DNA of 64,000 nucleotides from Gemmatimonadota bacterium (GTDB lineage Bacteria; Gemmatimonadota; Gemmatimonadetes; Palauibacterales; Palauibacteraceae): NCBI GenBank assembly GCA_965116475.1, contig OZ220691.1, positions 849,093 to 913,092 of the forward strand, read 5' to 3'. Shown piece by piece: positions 59,959 to 64,000 of this stretch (position 1 is its first letter; each line of letters starts with the position of its first letter). The notes under the pieces were generated by a model. It saw only the letters and a program-made list of their open reading frames with translations, ran no database searches and was not told where the DNA came from. The position numbers and the translations under genes were made by a program.

Positions 59959-60120
59959 GGCCGGGATGATACGGTCCCGCGGCCGGTGGGCCAACGCACC
60001 GCGGTGGCGCCCGCGTTGTACATTGGCCGCCGGCGACTTCGGTTGCGAAGCGACGGATTCCGATCGTGAAGCGACGTACTTCGGCCGCGAAGCGGCCTGC
60101 GAGAAACGAGGGGACGGATC

Positions 60121-61272
60121 GTGGCGAGTGGAGATGGGACGCACGGGGGCGGCACGCTCCTGCTGGGCACGACGAAAGGCGCCTTCCTGGCGCGGCCGCG
60201 CGGCGGGGGCGGAGCGGTCGACGGCGGTGGAAACGGCGACGGGGACGGCGGGGGGTGGGAGCTGGACGGCCCCCACTTCCCGGGGGAAGAGGTCTACGCG
60301 ATGGCGTACGACGACCGGGCCGGCCGGTCGCGCCTGTGGGCGGCGCCGCACAGTCCCTTCTGGGGGACGACGCTGCGCTTCTCGGACGACTTCGGGGCAA
60401 GCTGGTCCGGGAAGGCGGAGCGTCCGGTGCGGTTTCCCGAGGATTCCGGCCTGTCCCTCAAGCGCATCTGGCAGATCCAGCCGGGGTCGGCCCGCGAACC
60501 GGATGTGATCCGGCTGGGCGTGGAGCCCGCCTGCCTGTTCATCTCGCACGACGCGGGGGAGAAGTGGGAGGCGGTGGACGGGCTGCTGAACCACCCGCAC
60601 CGCGAGCGGTGGCAGCCGGGGGCCGGCGGGCTCTGCCTGCATACCATCGTCACGGACGGCGAGCCGGGCGGGCGCGCGACGATCGCCATCTCCGCCGCGG
60701 GGGCGTACCGCAGCGACGATGGCGGGGCGAGCTGGGCGGCGCGCAACAAGGGGGTGCGCGCGGAGTTCCTGCCGGACAAGCACCCGGAGTTCGGCCAGTG
60801 CGTGCACAAGATCGTGCACCACCCGTCGAACCCGGACCGGCTCTTCCTGCAGAACCACTGGGGACTGTACCGCAGCGACGACTGGGGCGATTCGTGGACG
60901 GACATCGCCAACGGCGTCCCGTCCGACTTCGGCTTCGCGATGGCGATGCACCCGGCCGACGCCGACACGGTCTACATCGTCCCGCTCGAATCGGACGGCT
61001 TCCGTTGTACGCCCGAGGCGAAGCTGCGCGTCTACCGGACCCGGGACGGCGGCGCGAGCTGGGAGGCGCTGACCGAAGGACTTCCGCAGCGGAACGCGTA
61101 CGAAACCGTGCTGCGCGACGCGCTCGCCACGCTGGCCCCCGGGCAGGTGTTCTTCGGCACCCGCAGCGGCAAGGTGTACGCCTCCCGCGACGACGGGACG
61201 ACGTGGGGGCTGGTGTGCGAGGGCCTCCCGCCGGTGGTCTGCGTGAAGGCCTGCGCCCCCCGGCCCGCCTGA
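60121..61272 (+). CDS. cytoplasmic BNR/Asp-box beta-propeller protein (sialidase/glycosidase-like fold, no signal peptide)
   Basis: Asp-box repeats SDDFGASW, SHDAGEKW, SDDGGASW, SDDWGDSW, TRDGGASW and SRDDGTTW. 383 aa. Confidence 0.7.
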   Translation: MASGDGTHGGGTLLLGTTKGAFLARPRGGGGAVDGGGNGDGDGGGWELDGPHFPGEEVYAMAYDDRAGRSRLWAAPHSPFWGTTLRFSDDFGASWSGKAERPVRFPEDSGLSLKRIWQIQPGSAREPDVIRLGVEPACLFISHDAGEKWEAVDGLLNHPHRERWQPGAGGLCLHTIVTDGEPGGRATIAISAAGAYRSDDGGASWAARNKGVRAEFLPDKHPEFGQCVHKIVHHPSNPDRLFLQNHWGLYRSDDWGDSWTDIANGVPSDFGFAMAMHPADADTVYIVPLESDGFRCTPEAKLRVYRTRDGGASWEALTEGLPQRNAYETVLRDALATLAPGQVFFGTRSGKVYASRDDGTTWGLVCEGLPPVVCVKACAPRPA

Positions 61273-61577
61273 TGCCCGCCGGGACGGCTGCCACCGGCCT
61301 GGTGCGCGTGACGCTGCCGGCCGCGCTGACGGAGTTCACGGGCGGGCGGTCCTCGGTCGACGTCCCCGGCGCACCCGCCCCGGTCGGCGACATCCTGGCC
61401 GCACTCGGGGCCGCCCACCCCGGCGTCCGCGACCGCCTGATCACGGAGCGGGGCCGCCTGCGGCCTCACGTGAACATCTTCGTGGACGGCGAGAACATCC
61501 GCTTCCTCAGCGGCCTCGACACCCCCGCCAAGGACGGCGCCGAAGTCGTCGTCCTCCCCGCCATAAGCGGCGGCTGA
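61272..61577 (+). CDS. MoaD/ThiS-family ubiquitin-like protein with C-terminal Gly-Gly
   Basis: 101 aa, ending ...VVVLPAISGG, with a beta-grasp pattern. ATG overlaps the stop of the BNR gene (TGATG). Confidence 0.7.
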   Translation: MPAGTAATGLVRVTLPAALTEFTGGRSSVDVPGAPAPVGDILAALGAAHPGVRDRLITERGRLRPHVNIFVDGENIRFLSGLDTPAKDGAEVVVLPAISGG

Positions 61578-61595
61578 CTACCGGCCGCGCCGAGC

Positions 61596-61841
61596 TTACC
61601 GATCGGCGTCGAACAGGGACTCGATCTCCCTCGCACCCATGCGGTCGAAGTCCGGCGGGACGGAGATTTGGCTGACCATGAATCCGGTCCGGCGAGCTGC
61701 GGCGGGTTCTGGCGTGTCAATCGACACCACCTCGACCAATGGCTCGCCGTCCCGCGTGATGACGAACGGGTCGCCGTCCACCGCCTCCTGAACGAGGCGG
61801 GAGAGGTGCTTCCGGGCTTCATGGATTTCGACCGTGCGCAT
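61596..61841 (-). CDS. Phd/YefM-family type II antitoxin (apparently orphan)
   Basis: MRTVEIHEARKHLSRLVQEAVDGDPFVITRDGEPLVEVVSID is the Phd/YefM N-terminal consensus. 81 aa. No toxin ORF on either side. Confidence 0.65.
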   Translation of the reverse strand: MRTVEIHEARKHLSRLVQEAVDGDPFVITRDGEPLVEVVSIDTPEPAAARRTGFMVSQISVPPDFDRMGAREIESLFDADR

Positions 61842-62019
61842 CGATCCCCTCCGGGCTTGCCTGATACCGAATCATACAGAGGCGTGCGGACCGGACCAAA
61901 CGGCATCGTCAGGGTGAGCGGCAACGTCCCGAAGGACTTAGTTTCGAGCAAACCGAGGGGAACACCCCCCTAAACCGATCACGGCCCCGCTCGACACCCG
62001 TCGATGAGGTGGAGATCTC

Positions 62020-62223
62020 ATGAAACTCAAGATCGTCGTTCACCAGGCGGAGGAGGGCGGCTACTGGGCGGAAGTACCCGCCATCGCCGGATGCGTATCC
62101 CAGGGCGAGTCGTTCGACGAGTTGCTGCGAAACGTCCGCGAGGCGATTGAGGGTTGCCTGTCCGTAGACTTACTCGACATCCCCGTCTCGGACACAGACA
62201 GGGTTGTCGAGATTGCCGTGTGA
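62020..62223 (+). CDS. hicB: HicB-family antitoxin (UPF0150), second copy
   Basis: MKLKIVVHQAEEGGYWAEVPAIAGCVSQGESFDELLRNVREAIEGCL. 67 aa. Confidence 0.7.
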   Translation: MKLKIVVHQAEEGGYWAEVPAIAGCVSQGESFDELLRNVREAIEGCLSVDLLDIPVSDTDRVVEIAV

Positions 62224-62426
62224 AGACCCTCAGCGGTAAGGACTTTTGCAGACTGCTCGAGGCTCACGGATGGCGGCTGAGGCGGGTCAGGGGCAGTCAT
62301 CACATCTACACGAAGGAGGGCGTTGCCGCCCGAGTCTCAGTCCCCGTCCACGGCAACGCCGACCTCAAGCGAGGGTTGCAAAGACACCTAATGAAGATCG
62401 CCGAAATCGATGAGTCGAATCGATAG
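62220..62426 (+). CDS. hicA: HicA-family toxin, second copy
   Basis: GTG start overlapping the hicB stop (GTGA). VKTLSGKDFCRLLEAHGWRLRRVRGSHHIYTKEGVAARVSVPVHGNADLKRGLQRHLMKIAEI. 68 aa. Confidence 0.7.
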   Translation: MKTLSGKDFCRLLEAHGWRLRRVRGSHHIYTKEGVAARVSVPVHGNADLKRGLQRHLMKIAEIDESNR

Positions 62427-62455
62427 GCGCGGATGGTAGCCAAGCCTTCGTTGCG

Positions 62456-63463
62456 TCACTTCCCGGTGTCGAGGAGGACTTTGCCGAAGGAACGGTTGGA
62501 CTCGACGTAGCGGTGGGCTTCGGCGGCTTCGGCGAGGGGGAAGACGCGATCGATGACCGGGCGCAGGTGGGACGGGTCGGCGGCCTGGGCCGTGAAGCCG
62601 GGGAGGAAGCGGGTCGCGAACATCTCCGTGAGGTGCGCCTTTTCCGCTTTCGAGCGCGCGCGGAGGACGGTGCCGACGACGGTCGCGCGCTTCCCCATGA
62701 GGGTGCGCAGGTTGGCCTCGACCTTCATGCCGCCCATGACGCCGACGATGACGAGGCGGCCGAGGGTCGCGAGGCTGGCCATGTTCGCCTCCCAGTACGG
62801 GGCGCCGACGGTGTCGAGGATGACGTCGGCGCCGGCCCCGGCGGTGTGCTCTGCGACCGCGTCGGCGAAGGAGCCGGCCCGGCGGTCGACGGCGAGGTCG
62901 TGCGGCAGTCCGGCTTCGCGGATGCGGTCGAGCTTGGCCGCCGACGCCGTAGCGATGATCGCGCCCGCCCCGCTCGCGCGCGCCAGTTGCAGGGCGGCGG
63001 TCCCGACGCCGCCGCCGGCCGTGTGTACGAGCACGGTCTCGCCGGGGCGCAGACGGCCGCGCTCGATGAGGGCGTCCGCCGCGGTGAGGAAGACCTCGGG
63101 GATCGCTCCGGCCTCGGTCCAGTTAAGCGTCGGCGGGACGGGCAGGAGTTGCCCGGCCGGGACCGTTACCCGCTCGGCGTATCCGCCGCCGCCCAGGATG
63201 CCCATCGCGCGGTCGCCCTCGGACCAGCCCGTGACGCCGGGCCCGACTGCCTCGATTTCGCCGGCGAACTCGAGCCCCGGGATGTCCGGCGGGGCGTCCG
63301 CCGGCGCCGGATAGCGCCCCAGCCGCTGCAGGAGATCGGCCCGGTTGATCCCCGCGCAGCGTACGCGCACCCGGACCTCGCCGGCCCCGGCGGCCGGGTC
63401 GTCCCGCTCGACGAGTTCGAGGACGTCCGGGCCGCCGGGCTCCCGGATGCGGACCGCCTTCAT
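62456..63463 (-). CDS. NADPH:quinone oxidoreductase / zinc-binding alcohol dehydrogenase family
   Basis: Start at MKAVRIREPGGPDVLEL. MDR fold with the AAGGGVGTAALQLA cofactor motif. 335 aa. Confidence 0.85.
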   Translation of the reverse strand: MKAVRIREPGGPDVLELVERDDPAAGAGEVRVRVRCAGINRADLLQRLGRYPAPADAPPDIPGLEFAGEIEAVGPGVTGWSEGDRAMGILGGGGYAERVTVPAGQLLPVPPTLNWTEAGAIPEVFLTAADALIERGRLRPGETVLVHTAGGGVGTAALQLARASGAGAIIATASAAKLDRIREAGLPHDLAVDRRAGSFADAVAEHTAGAGADVILDTVGAPYWEANMASLATLGRLVIVGVMGGMKVEANLRTLMGKRATVVGTVLRARSKAEKAHLTEMFATRFLPGFTAQAADPSHLRPVIDRVFPLAEAAEAHRYVESNRSFGKVLLDTGK

Positions 63464-64000
63464 GCGCCGACCGCCCCGAAGGCGCGCCGTGCGGCCTCGA
63501 GCCGCTCGGGCGTCCCGATGTCGTACCACGCCGCGCCCGTCGCGTCGAACACCCCGACGTGCTCCCCGTCCCCGATCCAGTCCATGTACGAATCCATGAT
63601 CGAAAAGACGCCTCCTTCCGCGTAGCGTTCGAACACGCGCGGCGAGATCGCGTGGATGCCGCAGAAGCCGTATTCCCCGGCCTCGTCCGCGCTCGCCGGC
63701 TCGCGCGCGACGACTTCCCAGCCCTCCGTCCGGTTCGCGCGCCCGTACACGCCCCGGCCATCCACGAGGAGGGGCCGCGACGTCTCCCGCTCGGCGATCG
63801 CGAGCGTGGCCAGCCGCCCGTCCCGCGCCTCCCCCTCCAGGTGCGCGCGATACAGCGCGGCGAGGTCGACCTCGGTCACGACATCGCAGTTGTGGAGCAG
63901 GAAGGGTTCCCGCGCCTCGAACAGCGACCGCGCGTGGAAGAGCCCGCCGCTCGTGTCCAGGGGAGCCGGCGACTCCTCGTCTTCCCGCGACACGACCACC
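63460..64000 (-). CDS. sugar-phosphate nucleotidyltransferase family protein (MurU/mannose-1-P guanylyltransferase-like), 5' end beyond window
   Basis: C-terminal region of an NTP_transferase fold (GIHAISPRVFE, YDIGTPERL). Stop overlaps the qor start (ATGA). The ORF is open to the window edge. Confidence 0.7.
   Translation of the reverse strand, partial: VVVSREDEESPAPLDTSGGLFHARSLFEAREPFLLHNCDVVTEVDLAALYRAHLEGEARDGRLATLAIAERETSRPLLVDGRGVYGRANRTEGWEVVAREPASADEAGEYGFCGIHAISPRVFERYAEGGVFSIMDSYMDWIGDGEHVGVFDATGAAWYDIGTPERLEAARRAFGAVGA

Overview
High-GC (~70%) bacterial chromosomal segment, densely coding, with many 1-8 nt start/stop overlaps. No rRNA, tRNA, CRISPR array, transposase or integrase was seen. 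From the protein repertoire (CRTAC1/ASPIC-UnbV giants, BNR/sortilin proteins, TPR lipoproteins) I guess a Gemmatimonadota-like organism; this is inference only. Left 12 kb: minus-strand housekeeping (3'-truncated pdxJ, hflX, rarA, a CCA-family nucleotidyltransferase, an SDR, alaS-recX-recA, and dtd in an operon with a TIGR00725/SLOG protein and a zinc-ribbon membrane protein). Then an 860-nt lower-GC non-coding gap, a lone Upf1/DNA2-like SF1 helicase, a group II PLP decarboxylase, DsbA, two huge tandem FG-GAP/ASPIC-UnbV (CRTAC1-like) proteins, and pntAA-pntAB-pntB. Then a putative operon of a BNR/sortilin-like secreted protein, a membrane coiled-coil protein, and a lipoprotein that fuses plant-type LRRs to a metzincin protease. 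Then a carbohydrate uptake/salvage locus: two clan GH-G six-hairpin glycosidases, a MalEFGK-type ABC transporter, a nucleotidyltransferase-GHMP kinase fusion in Fkp-like domain order, and a TPR lipoprotein, with a hicBA pair inserted. Then an MFS transporter, acyl-CoA dehydrogenase, thiC behind a clear TPP riboswitch, and leuB. The right end is toxin-antitoxin rich (RHH/PIN vapBC-like pair, orphan phd/yefM, second hicBA), followed by rhomboid, DUF72, a BNR beta-propeller protein coupled to a MoaD/ThiS-like GG protein, a quinone oxidoreductase and a truncated nucleotidyltransferase. Most long ORFs in the six-frame track that lie antisense to these genes are GC-driven artefacts.
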